A stretch of DNA of 62,322 bases, filler included, from Basidiobolus ranarum (taxonomy: Eukaryota), in the NCBI GenBank assembly GCA_040143965.1. It is 10 parts of 10 records of this genome, joined end to end, with 100 filler letters (N's around TTAATTAATTAA, not from the genome) between each part and the next. Parts side by side here need not be neighbours in the genome. Positions count along the whole stretch, not along the records: positions 18,762 to 24,908 come from JASJQH010001397.1; positions 25,009 to 31,150 come from JASJQH010001398.1; positions 31,251 to 37,390 come from JASJQH010001399.1; positions 37,491 to 43,627 come from JASJQH010001400.1; 6 more parts are not named here. The stretch is one strand, 5' to 3'. The notes beneath the pieces are model-generated. The model worked only from the letters and a program-made list of their open reading frames with translations, made no database searches and was not told the origin of the DNA. Positions 24,892-38,789 of this stretch are shown one piece after another. Numbering within the stretch: the stretch's first letter is position 1; the number at the start of each line of letters is the position of its first letter. A program made the translations under genes and the position numbers.

Positions 24892-26906
24892 CAAGCTTGC
24901 ACTCTCTGNNNNNNNNNNNNNNNNNNNNNNNNNNNNNNNNNNNNNNNNNNNNTTAATTAATTAANNNNNNNNNNNNNNNNNNNNNNNNNNNNNNNNNNNN
25001 NNNNNNNNAGTAGATTGCTCATATTATTATTTATTTTGCAATATTGCTATCGAATTGATGGTCTTGTCCATTGGCAGAAGAAATCCTTGTATAGGGTTGA
25101 AAGCTCGATGATACTGAGAGAGTTTTAAGAAATGGATTTTTGTGAGTATGAGAGATGTATACTATTTACCACAAATAATGTACTTCTACCTTTGAATGTG
25201 ATACTAAGAACAACTGATGTAGTTGTGTTTTTAGAAACATCTGTGGGGCACAGGGCTATGCTGGAGTTAACTTTAGTGATTTTAATATTACAAGTTCCAC
25301 TTTCCAAAATCTTGCATAGCTAACATGTATCCTTAATATATGTTCGGATCTTGAGCTGATTGATGTTAGTGGAAATAACATTATGTAACTTAGAATTGAT
25401 ATATGAAAAAGTTAGGTGCATAAAGATACGGATAACAGATGTGATATAGATATTGAACTTGAACAGAAATCCAATTTTTTGTATGCTCTTCATCTACTTT
25501 CCACTCATAGAAGTAATTATTTGAATATATAGAGCAGACACATATAATGTCTAGGAACAATCCTAAGAAGAGCAAATATTATATACAGTGAGAGTGAAAG
25601 TATTCTTCATCGTGATAATACTATAAAAGTATTTAGATTTATCCTACAATTGTTTGGATTCTGCGCTTGACTTGAACAGACCGGCAATAGGAGAATCATT
25701 CACAAACATATATAGAACACCTCTTTAAGCTAAAATACACTGGCTCTATAGTAATAGCTATATGTTGCAGTCAAAGTAGCCCCGTAACTAATAACACTGA
25801 ATGAAACATACAAAAAAAGTGAAACATCATGGATCCCACGGGATCAGATAGGTAACTCTAATGTACCAATCAAGTCTCTCACTTGGAAAAATCTTAGGAA
25901 ATCATCATCTAATAATATCAAGTGTCACATATATTTCAGGAACTCGGCTATCTAGAATGCATGTTTAAAAAATCCGAGTGTCTATGACAACTACAGCTAC
26001 TAAGTCAATTTTACACTTTCACTACTCTCAACTTTGTGACTGCCCTGAACAAACCCACCAGTACTATCACAGTTAACATCTCCATATTAAAGTGAATTCA
26101 AGTCCTGTAGAGTATACACCGGTCTGTTACCAATACTAACCATGATTTTTGTGGAAGTTGGTGCTTGTAAGCTATGGTGAGAACTGAATGAGTATCAAAA
26201 TTGTATACTGGAGTCAACTAAGTAATACCCAGTCAAATACCAAATTAGATATGCTAACACATTTCACAATTTTCCACCTCCCGACGTTTAGTACTTCACC
26301 ATAGGTCAATACTCTCAAACAGGACCCTTACGCACTAACTATATATAACACTGAGTCGGTAAAATTAATACATGACTCTTGATATTCAATCCCTGAAGTG
26401 GCTACAAATATCAAACCAGCCTAAGTATCGCCAGATCGGATATTACACAGGTCTGTAAGTACTATTGAATTAATACACTATTTTAACAACAGGACTAGTT
26501 GTTCCCTGTACACCCCCTTAGACACTTTCATGATAATCCACTTTATTTCCACTAACTCCGATTTGTAAATGGGTCATCGGAATGCAGTAAAACTGATAGT
26601 GCTCCAGGTTCAATCAAATAATATTAATGAAATTTAGAATATCTGGACATGGGGAATATAAGCTTGGGAGCAAATAGGGTCATTCTAAAACTTGCAACGT
26701 CTTTGAAAGGGTGACTCATTGTCTAAAATGAGCCACAGGGATAATCATACGAAGCGGAATAGGCTCTGTAGTAGTAGGTTGTAGCAGTAGGCCACTCCAT
26801 AATTTGTTATTGTATTTGGTATAATGTGATAGAGTTCAACAGATGAATCAGCCCATAATAAATCCACAAAAAGGAGCTAACAAAATAAATCCATTTAAAA
26901 GGAGAG

Positions 26907-26913
26907 TATAAAA
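26907..26913 (+). promoter_or_regulatory. Candidate TATA box of the HSF-domain gene
   Basis: TATAAAA 55 nt upstream of ATG 26962. Confidence 0.45.
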
Positions 26914-26961
26914 TGCACTGTCTTGTCTTTTGGTTCAAACATAGCCATTGTCACTCTGGAA

Positions 26962-27955
26962 ATGCTAGTCAAGTATAATATCCGCACACCCATCTTTGTA
27001 CTAAATCTTGTAAGGTAACGCCTTTTCCTTCATCTTCTCTTTTTCCATTAAAATTGGTTTTTATTAACGTCACCTATTCTGTAGAATCCTCTCTGAACCA
27101 AATTATTCACATATGATAGCTTGGGAGCAGTCAGGCACTAGGTTTATCATTAAAGATTCATTAGAATTTGCCTCCAAAGTACTTCCCCAATATTATGAGA
27201 CTAGTAAATTAACTTCGTTCACTCGCCAACTCAATGTAAATTTCTTCTTAGAAACCTTCAACAACAAACTATTGATCAATTCTCTTGAATAGATTTACGG
27301 ATTCGAAAGAGTTTCTGACCGGCGGAGGACAAAGGAGAGTGTTGTTGCATCATCGATAATCTATTCACATCAATATTTCAAGCGAGATCAACCGGATTTT
27401 CTCCACCTTATTCAACGCATATCGGGTCCATACTCTAAAGTGAGAACCAAAACCTCGATTCACGGGCAAAGTCGAGGTGCCAAGTCTACTTTACTACCTT
27501 TGCCACCCTCTCCGGCGTTATCCTCTACTTCATTAGTCACTTCACATTCAATATCTCCAGAAAGATGTGATTTAACATGCACAAAGGATACAGCAGTGGA
27601 CTGTTTAAGTTGTACGGCCCTTAAACGTGAAGTAGTCACTTTGAGAAAGACGATTGGGTATTACAAGTCTTTAATAGAGAATTCAGCAAATAATAATGAT
27701 ATTCCTTCAAATGGTAAAGAAGCTCGTGCTCTTGATATATCACAATCCTTAATCCCCTCTTTCACCCTGCCTGTCTCACCAGAAGAGGCTTCACTTGGTG
27801 TATGGGCTAATTCTAATTTCAACAAAGAGGCTTGCACTATTGATATGTCAAATACATCGATCACCACTTGCGCCGCACTGAGTTTATGGGCTAACTCTGA
27901 TCCCAATGTATATTCTTATACCTGTCCATATCCTTCACCTATGGAGGATTTTTAA
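26962..27955 (+). CDS. HSF-type DNA-binding-domain transcription factor, 288 aa; exons 26962-27014, 27085-27235, 27293-27955
   Basis: Spliced product PIFVLNLVRIL..MIAWEQSGTRFIIKD..FASKVLPQYYETSKLTSFTRQLNIYGFERV..YSHQYFKRDQPDFLHLIQR continues in frame into ORF 27440..27955. Confidence 0.92.
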
Positions 27956-28215
27956 TGGTTTCCTAGGAATGATAGTAATTAATGGATATTATTGTAATGT
28001 ACTTAACCCCTTTTCGCGCCAATTTAATGCAGATTAGCCGAGTCACCATTGATGAGGGGCTCTGTTTGTAGAATGTCTTCATCGTATTTGTTAGTAGATC
28101 ATACATTATTATCATCAATAACGATCTGTACAGGGATGTTATTAGTAAAGAAGTGGATATAACAGTCAGGATTGAGTACTTATTCTGGTACTTCTTTTAT
28201 GGAAAATCATATAGG

Positions 28216-28248
<33 letters not shown>

Positions 28249-28257
28249 GAGAGAGAG
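28216..28257. repeat. Compound microsatellite (AC)n(AT)n(AG)n
   Basis: Directly visible in the sequence. Confidence 0.95.
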
Positions 28258-29718
28258 TGCGGTGAAGTTAGTATCTTGTTTAGTATTTCTTGGGTCCGTT
28301 TACTCAAATAAAGGCGAAGCATTCCATTCCTAATATAGTAACAAAAAGCAAATTGAAGTTACCCACCACTTTTATTTACACCAATAGCCTCTTCATTTTT
28401 ATATCGAATTACCGCTGACTGCCTATAACTCAAGATGAAACGAAGCCAAAACTTCCAACAGATTCAGTATATGCTTGTTTGGATTAGATGGTACTCCGAG
28501 AGGAAATAGCAAAATGGATCATTGACATTGGACCATTCAAAGACTATATATGACCAAAGCAGTGAGTTATTTTCATACCTGACCTCACCCACTTGCTTCT
28601 CGAAAGGACCCTTCTATGCAAATTTTTATTCAGATCTCAATTTGTGTAATACTCTAATGCTAGATCAATAGTACATACCGCATTATTTCCCAATGCTCCC
28701 TGCTATTGATCAGGAATAAATGGATGTTACTTTATGGCATAAGTACCATCTTTTCATACTAAATAAGGTAAGTACTTGACTAAATTAACTGTAGGGGTTT
28801 CACTGACTCATGACTGTGCAGATCAATATCTCTTCGATATTATTTGTAACCAGATCATCATCAGATCTAGCAGAGTGCTGGAATGACAATCCATGACTGG
28901 GCAAATTCTGTGCGTCTAACTCTTATTACTATTTGTAAAGCAGATCATAAATTGCTCTGAGTATTCGGTCATGTTAGCAATAAATCCCGAATCCAGAAAT
29001 CCATTCTAGAGTTCCATTGAACGAATGGTACTAAAGAGTGTTAAGACATCAAAAAGACAAATGGTGAATTCTGAATCCTATATCCCAAACCCCATTCTAG
29101 AATTACATTTAACGTAATGATATACTGGTACTGGAGGCTACACAAGATGAATATAAATCAATAAGTATATGTGAGCTTGCACTGTCTTGCATCCTACAAT
29201 GCTTATGGCGTTTGCAGTATCGATATTTATTAATACTTACATGGCTATTAAGTGATCCGTTATATGATATAGAAACTAGTGGTCAGTATCAGATGTTACA
29301 CCAAAGTTCCCCTGGATGGCCAAAAGGTCGGGCAAGAAATGAGTAGAATCTTGAGATGTTCGACTCTTCAGCTAGCTGACCACTCTCTTTAGCTATCATT
29401 TACCAGAGCGCTTACTATTATAGGCAATTTGTATGTACTGTTGAGATATTGGAAGGGGTTATTGATACTATTGTGGTGATTGGATATGTCCTTGTATTCT
29501 GATATCATAATTGGTTTTACGGAGGGAAAAATGATTTTGCCATTGATATGCTTGATTCCAGTTAGTTGGCTGTACTATTACTTTGGTGAATTATTTCATG
29601 TATTAAACTTTCTCAATATCTTTTACTCCGTTGCTAAATAATCATACATTCCCTAGGATTGGTGATAATTGCCAATATATATGAATAGCGCTGCTTCATA
29701 AAATGAATTCCAGTCTGA

Positions 29719-31150
29719 AGTAGATTGCACATGTTTTTATCTACTTTGCGACATTGCCGCCTAATTCGTAGTGTTGTCCATCGGAAAAGGAAATCCTTAT
29801 ATAACACAGTGCTGAAAACGCCATATATTAACCTATTAACTATGACTGAAAGAAGGGGTTACATATATTGATAAATATTCACGTAAGAAATATCAGCTTT
29901 AAGTACAGTGATAGTGCTGTCATATTTGATCCCGCACTATTACGCGAGGATGTGGTTTTACAAATATCCAGATAGTCAAACCACTCTCCTCAACTTACTC
30001 CACCCTGACTCATTCACCATTACTCTTGTTTTCTTGAATGCCATTTCGCTGAACATACATAGTAGCTTTCCAGTATATTTTCGTACCCCTACTAGATCAT
30101 TAACAGACCTACGTATGTTCACGCAGAAAACTCTCATCGATATCCCTCACTGTTTGTAAATCATGATTAGAACTGAATGAGTATCAAAACTGTATACTGG
30201 AGTCAACTATGCAATATCCAGTCAAGTTCTAAACCAGACATGTTAGCACATTTCCCAGTTTTCCACCTCCTGATGTCTCACGTTTAGTACTTCACCATAC
30301 TTCAATGCTCTTAAACAGGACCTATACCCACCAACCGCATGTACACATGTCCACTGAACAGCACAAAGTAGAATCGACGGCAACTTGGCTCTCTTCATAT
30401 CCAACCCCTGAAGTGGCCACAAACACCCAATCCACTCAAGTATTGCCTAATCAGATATTAAACAAGTCAGCAACACCTAGTATACACAATAAAAACTAGG
30501 TTACTCTCGCTACCTATGTCACTCATTCCCCAGTTCTCGTATCAATTCTTGACCTTTAAAGCAGTATTTAACCAATACCTTACATTTTGCCATCATAGCT
30601 GTCTGTTCCCTGTTGCCCCTCAATCACTTAATAATTATATCCACTAACCCCTATTAGGTGATTGTAGATGGATCATCGGATTGACTAAACTGACATATCG
30701 GTAACCAATACAGTGCAACACAATAGCCACAATTGATTTTAATGTTCGAGGAATCAGATCAATTGTGATTGTGCACTTCATATAGTTCACCACCCGAATT
30801 CATGGTTAAAAGTGTGGAGTCAGACATCTATTTTCATAGTCTACTACAAGTAACACTCTTGATCTGACAGGTGTAGTGTTATTTTTCAAGTAAGGTCGGC
30901 AAAGTTTGTGTTCACTGGGCTGTAGTAGAGATCTCTATATTGCTTATTTCTGATATTTATGAAAGGTCAATATGAACATATATAAGCCTATAACAGGTGA
31001 ATATAAACTTGGGAGCGTATAGGGTCATTCTAAAACCTACAACTTCTTTTAAGGGTGACTGTTTATCTCATACATGATCAACAACAGTGATCATATGAAG
31101 AGTAGTAAGTATTGTAAGTAGGACTCTTGTGGCACTCCTTAACTATTATT
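29719..31150 (+). repeat. Diverged direct duplicate of the HSF gene upstream region (25009 to about 26810)
   Basis: Colinear matching blocks at 25009/29719 (agtagattgc..gaaatccttrtata), 26181/30171 (gaactgaatgagtatcaaaaytgtatactggagtcaacta) and 26654/30999 (gaatataarcttgggagc..tagggtcattctaaaac..aagggtgact). Confidence 0.85.
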
Positions 31151-32503
31151 NNNNNNNNNNNNNNNNNNNNNNNNNNNNNNNNNNNNNNNNNNNNTTAATT
31201 AATTAANNNNNNNNNNNNNNNNNNNNNNNNNNNNNNNNNNNNNNNNNNNNAACAAATGACTCAGACTTTGAACACATATTGCAAAATACTTGCTGATATG
31301 AGCTATTGAACAGAGCAAGGCATTAGCCACTATAATCAGGTCTTGCATCTAATATGGTCACTATGGGTTTGTAACTCAATGATTGGAGCATACCCTTATA
31401 TGCACAAATGATCATTTTATTGTGAGGGGAAGAGAATGAGACTTACCTACCATCTGACAACTTATACTCTTTTCCTTACTGGCAGGTTCCAATTGAACAC
31501 AAATCATCAATATAGTATTCAAAGTGCTTAGTCCTTCAATAATTAGAAAGTATTTATCATGCAACTAGTGTCTGATTGTTACTTTTATTTTAGTTCAAGT
31601 GTATTCAGCAAAGAGAGCAGTTCAAATGCAGTATACTTTGATTATACTTGAGATCCACAATTGTGTATCTTTCCTCATGTAGGAAACACTTGATGCCTTG
31701 ATAAATGGTTATGATGTTGACGTATGAAATTGCTATTTCTTATTACCAATGCAATATCATTTATCAATTCTAAAACGTTTAAAATAGTTGCTTTACAATG
31801 ACTACAACTCCTGTGTAGAGTGTTTATTTGGAAGTTTTAAGACATGCTATATGTGGTTAACAAATAAGACAATTGTCATATATTAGTATATTGATGCTAG
31901 AAATAAAGATGTAATATTAACTATCCATAACAAAGATGGGCTTTTCAAAATGGCTAGATTTTATAGATATTGTAAATCCTATGATTTTGCTCCTAAATAC
32001 AAAAGCTTAGCATGTTCTGCTACAAATTGATGAAGCCATTATGCAGTTAGTATAAGGCAAATTATCATTGCACTATAATTTTTAATATTAAATGAGTAAT
32101 AACAAAGCTTTATATTTTACAAATGATTATAGCTCAAGCTAAAGTTGGTAAAAATAGACTAATTTTTATTGCCACTCAAGTATAGTAATAATTGCCACTG
32201 TCACTTAATGATAGCTTTTAGCTTAAATTGAAAGATTGGTATTAGATGCAAAAGTTTATGGATGGCTTGTTGTATCTTTAACAATTTTAAAAGCTCAAGT
32301 CTTACTTTAATCTGGTAAAAGATTTTGAATGATAAAACTCTTGATTTCAGCAAGTTATATAAAGTTTAGTCATGTACTAACCTAGAATTTATTAATTGAC
32401 CAGTGATTGTTCCTGTGCATTTCAAATGGATAAGATAGCCAGCACTATGTCTTTGGTAACACTCAATCTAATTGGCTGAAATATTTCAGCATGATAGCCA
32501 TAC

Positions 32504-33242
32504 TGTTGTGCACCAACATACAGAGTTGCTTAACTTATGCCATGTCTATACAACTTGCATGAATGTCTGTTTAGTTTGTCATCATTACTAACTAGTTATC
32601 TGACCTTATCCTGTGACCCTACATGTGACTTATCACATGACTAACTATCTATTCACTTATCCCCTCTATCAGATCATATGACCTATCACATGATCATTAT
32701 CCAATCAGTATTAACCTCTGAGTCATCTGCCTAGACACAAGTTAATATGAGTTACAAGCTTTATAACCAATGATTTTTCACTGCCAAGACTTCAGCTGAT
32801 GCATGACTCATTTATCTATCTATTGATCTATCCAATCACATTTTCTCTTATCAAAAGTAGGCATCTAGTATCATGGCACTGACTAATTCACTTTACTTTC
32901 AAAAAGTATAATTTAAGTTCACCAAACCTTATGGTTTAGTGTGTGTCTCAACAAATATAGGATCTCAATACTTCTCAGTGTTTCCCAACAAATTCAATAT
33001 TCCTCTCTCATTTCTATCCAAGCCTAGTAGCCACTAGCAGCTACAGAACCCCAAGCCTAGCTGCCTAGCAAACCTACTCTCTACCATAACATAGCAACCC
33101 ACTGCTATTACCAAGACATATATTAGTTAGATCTGCTCTGCTGATATATCCTGCTGAAACAGTTCTACGATTCTGCACTTGACTGTTTCTTTGGTTCAGT
33201 AAAGTTCAAGACTTTTTGTCCACTTTTCTCTTAGACACAACA
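32504..33242 (+). mobile_element. LTR family B (about 740 bp), no internal domain adjacent
   Basis: TGTTGTG...CACAACA inverted termini; a full reverse-complement copy at 60278-61017 and a 3' fragment at 49965-50052. Confidence 0.88.
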
Positions 33243-33939
33243 CTTCTTATCTTGATCTATCTCACCCAGAGATTTGTCTTGGAGCCTTCCTAGAAATACC
33301 ATCAGATTATCACACAACCAAATTAGTCTTAATTACACAGGTACTTACTGTGTGTCCGTGGATTGGGTTGTGTTGCTGTTAATTTGCTCAGACAATGCAA
33401 GACCTGTGAGCACATTAAAAAGAACCCTGTATTGGAAGGTTTATATACTCTGGAGTCTCTTTAACCTAAAACAGTGGATCCAGCACTGATTTTGCTGATA
33501 CATTGTTAATCAGATTAGCATATAGTAATACTGACAATTTCAGATGGAGCATCATTTTATTGGGAAAATATGGGCTGTTTGGAGGAACTTTAGAAAAGTG
33601 GAGTTGCAAATTGCTTTGTGAGATAATTATTTATCATCAGGAAATGAAGCTTTATACATTTTGGTGGAAATACATAGCACTAACACTGGGGTTGTGTTCA
33701 GAACATCTGTTGGAGTACAATGAGCTATGTTTAGGGCAATGTGTACAAGTTTGAAATTTTCAATATGGAATTGCTAACTCTCACATCATTCACATATAAA
33801 TAATAAATGTTCTAATTTTCAGTTAAGTGATATTTGATCAAGTAAAGTTAACTAACTTATATGTGATATATGAAATAATTAGGTGTACAAAGATAGATAA
33901 AACAAATATGATAAAGATAATAAACTTTAACACATTTCA

Positions 33940-35290
33940 CCGCAGGTGCACTCCAGTGGGAACTCCTAGAATGTATAGCAAGGGACTATAATCTCTAAGC
34001 ATTGTGAAAGATGCAGCAGGGAATGCATTGAATCCCAGCATAGATTCAGTCTTTCTTCTTTACACCTGTGATAAAGTTTTTCATATCCCATTACAAAATC
34101 ATAGGACAGAGGCTGTATTTGCCTGGGATCTGCCAATGTGATTTGATGCCATAACAATATATTAACAATATTCACAAACAACCCCCAATGTTGCCAATAC
34201 TGCTCAGGTAGAAATCTTTTCAAGATTTAACTTGAATACAAACAAATCCAATATTTCAAGTCTTTGCATTTGAATAAACACCTAGATGAGTGCATATTGA
34301 CAGGAGTTCTACCAAAATCAGATGATATATTGACATTTTCAAGCATTTTCCCAATTGATTCAAACTTAGAGCCTCTCTTGAATCGCTCATTCAGATTGAA
34401 TTTTCCACTATACAGCTGAGTAAGATGTATTGTAATATCTTTGAATAGTAAGTGCATAGTGCCTAATGGGAAGCACTGGCTCCAGCTGATCCCTTTAGCA
34501 ACATAATCTTAGGCTTATGGCTAATCCCAAGTTGGATATTAGACTGACTATTTGGTGATTTTAAATTAGTGAGCATGTCAAAAGCTCACCTTGCTCTTGA
34601 TGGTAAGATCATGGAATTTAGCATTGTACTTGGATAGTAGTAATGTGGATGCCAGGTGGATTGAACTCCATTGATTTGACAAAATCTACAGTAAGATGGT
34701 TAATGTGCCTCAAAAACCTCCAAGTTTACTGATGGTAGGAGTGTCATCAATACATTTAATGCTATTAGCATTGAAAATATTCACTGATCTGAACCTCATT
34801 AGATAACCATTTAAATTCTGCCATCAATGGCCCCAAGAAGCTGCCTACAAGTACTGGTGATGTAGGTCCAGATATGATGGATAGTATCACAATATTATGA
34901 TTATTATACTATTGAGAAGGAGAAGATGTAAATTAACTAAAACTATTAGCCATCAAGCCTTTCCAATGTTGTATTTATTTAGTGAGAAACCATCCAGAGC
35001 TAATATAAATACACAGACATAAGTGCTCTCAGACACACCTTGACTTTTCAGAGTCTGATAGTGATATGCATCAAGTATATAGGTAATACAATCAGCTTTA
35101 TGGTAAGTACTGCAGAAATTGATCAATGAACTATATTTGGGTATATGGGTGCTTTCATCAAAACTTTAAGATGGGGTAGCATCAGTGTGAATGCCCAATA
35201 TAAACCCTAACAGATATTTGAAGATTGTTTTTGCAGGAAAACCATCACAATTTTAATCTATTTGGGATTGACCATTTACTTACAATCATA
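33940..35290 (-). mobile_element. Degenerate CACTA/EnSpm-like (Transposase_21-type) transposase
   Basis: Fragments ISGPTSPVLVGSFLGPLMAEFKWL, SSDFGRTP, FKCKDLKYW, LPEQYWQHW, FVMGYEKLY, MHSLLHL and F*EFPLECTCG (compare W.FPMER.CG), interrupted by stops. Boundaries approximate. Confidence 0.75.
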
Positions 35291-36060
35291 AAATTGTCAA
35301 GTTAGATTTGATTTTAATCAATTTTTTTTAATTTCAAGAGTGAAATTTCAAGAACTTGCAAAATAGTTGCACGTGATTGGCTACAATCACAGATAACCGT
35401 GGATCAACACATGTGCAAAACCATAACTCAAATTTTACACAATTACCACTTGAATGCTAATTTGTCACCTTTGAAATCCCTATTCTCTTTGATATGTTCT
35501 CCTGAATATTTTTATTGATTTCTTCATACCCAAGGTTTAGCTCATATCCAACACAAGTTTGTATCAATATCTCCATCAAAGCCCACCATTGTATTAACAT
35601 TGATGAATCATCCTTCTTCCAGCTATTTAGTAGATACCTTGCAATATTGTGCCACTCTGTATTAAATTCTTGCCAGATATCTGCATGGTCAACACCAGAC
35701 TAAATGTCAAGTTGAATATTCTTCTTCCAAAGCCACTTTCTGCATGTTGGCACTGCATTTTTCCCTTTATACTTTTGAAACTACTCCTCAAACACTTTGA
35801 CCAATTTTATTCATCCTGGTAGTGTGACACAACTGAGGGTGCTTTGTGGTGTTTGTGTGGCTGTTTGCTTGCCTTCAAGTTTGTGGCTAATTTCAACACT
35901 TTGCAAAGCACCAGTTGAGGCTAGAGAGCCATGAGTTTTTTTTGCTTGTGTGTTGGCGAGTTGGAAGATGCCAGGTGTTGGATAAACTTCCTAATTTAGC
36001 ACTCTTCCAACTGGTGTACCTGGTTCCATGGGGAAATTAAGCTTTTTTGCCAGTATATCC

Positions 36061-36412
36061 TGTTGAAATTAGGTAAATAGCAACTCGTTATTTAGTAGTA
36101 TGTTTGTTCATATTCCAATAATTTAGTACTCGATTCTGTCACTCAAAAACATGTGTTTATAGCTCTAATTGATAGAAACATCAATTAGATCACTTTTACC
36201 AATTTTCACCAGTTTCTCAAATCATCTCCATATCATCTCAAATTTTCACCCATGCTTAACAGGAATGTTTGTTATGATCTAAGCACATCCAATAGTCTTT
36301 TTTCATAGTTAACTATAAATAGGACATATTCAATTCAAAAAAACTCAAGTGTGTAACTCACAAATCCAAATCTTGTGCATATCACTTCCAAATTCCTCAA
36401 ACACTTTTTTCA
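36061..36412 (+). mobile_element. Copia LTR family C (5' LTR) followed by PBS GGTTATGAGCCC (36413-36424)
   Basis: Reads TGTTGAAA...TTTTCA, then the PBS, then gag. Confidence 0.85.
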
Positions 36413-36416
36413 GGTT

Positions 36417-37288
36417 ATGAGCCCCAAGCTAGCAGCTAAAGAAATGCCTACTGGTACTAATACCAATGTTTTTGCTTCCACAGAGAAGTTTGATGGTGAA
36501 TACTTTCACCTTTGGAAGTTCACAATAAAAATGGTTCTAGAAAACAAGGATCTTTGAGGATTCATTACAATAGAAGTAATATAGCCAAAGGGACCACCAG
36601 AGGCTATCCTTGCCTTTCACAAGAAGCAGAGGAAAGCACTCTCTACACTTTGTCTACATCTCAGAGACTCTCAATTGCGACACAAAATAATCAGCCAAAA
36701 GTGTCCTAAATGATTGGGAAGCACTTGAGGGACAATACGTGACTGAAATTCTGGCTAATTGGCTATATCTTAGGCAAGAATATTCTCAATTCAGATGAAT
36801 TCTGAGGATTCTATGCTTAAGCATATAAATTGGGTAAAAACTATGGCTGATCAGCTCTCATCCATTGGAGCACATCTAAATGAAGATGACTCAGTCATGG
36901 CACTACTTGGGAGCCTGCCAAATAAGTTTGAGAACCTCATAATTGCCTTAGAATCAAGATCAGAGCCATTAACAATGGAATATATAGGTGCTAGGCTCTT
37001 GAATGAAGAGTTAAGGAGATCCGATTTTGAGCAAAACAATGCAGAACAGGCATTTTTTGGAGCTGTAAAATGTCAACAGGCGCAATAATGGTGCCCCTGA
37101 GAGGAAATCAATCATGTGCAAGGATTGCAAGAAAACAAGCCATAATATCAAAGAATGCAGAAAAAGGATTTTTACCAAAAAGCTAAAATTGAAACAAACA
37201 AATCAAGTAAGCACTGATAGGGAACATCTATTTGCGTCTGCCCTATCAGTAACCACTAAAGAAGACTCAGAAACATTGTACCTTGGTA
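36417..37288 (+). mobile_element. Degenerate Copia gag, ending at the start of the protease
   Basis: EKFDGEYFHLWKF..MVLENKDL; UBN2-like HINWVKTMADQLSSIG..LLGSLPNKFENLIIALE; decayed zinc knuckle CKDCKKTSHNIKEC. Confidence 0.9.
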
Positions 37289-38789
37289 GCCACCCCGGGG
37301 AGCGGGAGCGGAACCTTTAGGAGGGTGGCCCCCCCAAATTTCATAAAGGAACCAACCAAAGAAACCTCCAAGTAGACTACCTACAACAGGNNNNNNNNNN
37401 NNNNNNNNNNNNNNNNNNNNNNNNNNNNNNNNNNTTAATTAATTAANNNNNNNNNNNNNNNNNNNNNNNNNNNNNNNNNNNNNNNNNNNNATATCAACCC
37501 CATCACACAGCCAAACAGTACCACCCAGATCTGGGTTGGGCTGCGTAACATTCGTCCCGTAATTGTGCCTACCTTCAGAATTCTCCACCTGAACTCTCAG
37601 TCTGGCCACGAGCTGCAGCATCCTAGCACAAGTACACTGCTTCGATAACAATTGAATTAACTCTGGAGCGGTGCTGGACAGTTTATATTCGAGGAATGGC
37701 AAAAGCTGGTGGAGTTTAGAGAGCGCACATCAACTCTGATCATGAGCACACCACAAAATCACTCCATTTGGCCAGATATCTGTTCCTCACTAGTATCTTC
37801 AATATTGTCGGTTTACTAGTGTTGGAGAATAAAGATTTGACTCAATCGATCTCTGAGCGTTAACTGTAGTAGGAATTGGGTAATTTCGCAACAACACACC
37901 TTGCTCAAACATACTCAAAAACTAGGTAATCTGAGAATATCTCCCTTCCCATATGCCACCAATAGGTGTAAGAGGAGTATTCCCAACAATCCGCTTTCTC
38001 TTAAGAAATCGAAAATATGAATAATATCACTTGATTGGCTTAGTACACCCAATCTGTATTTGAACAATTCGTTAAAATTCATACAAATATTAGGCAAATT
38101 GGCCACGGGACTACTCTAATGCAGTATTTAAGAGTTTGGTTACATATGTATTCATCCAAGACATATTTTACCTATAGACAAGGAACACTCCATGATGCCT
38201 GATTCGCCACGTTCTACCCGAAATGTTCTGCTAGTTGTTCTCCATAGAATGTCACAATTGAGGTACTTCGTTGTATAAGATCTGATTATGTAGCGCCATA
38301 TAATAAAGGTAAAAACTAAATAGTAAAGGAGGGGTCAGTTATGTTAGTAGACAATTGGTCAAACAAGTTATAGAGTAAATAAAGTTTGTTCGTACTACTA
38401 TTGAATTATCACGACATTACAAAAGCTGATTTCATAGTAGAATTGTTTCTTTATGGGTATTTACAGGAAACTTGAACGTTTTTGCCATAGTGAGACATTT
38501 ATGATATTGATATCCCACAAGTAATGGCCGTAATCGAACTTATTCAATGTCACACCATTTTTTAAGGTAATGCAATAATTTCGAAGTATATGTACAGTAC
38601 AGACAAAACAATACAAGATGTATCTTGACATTCTGTGATAGCGAAAGAGAGTTGTAAGAACTTACGAAGTGATTATTACAGTAAGTAAAGCCATACCTTT
38701 TGCTTTCTGATATTGTTCGCTATGCTAGTAGTAGCTCTTGTTAGTCTTTAATTAATCAACCATTTGGATTCCAATTAAGCCAGTTTAAG

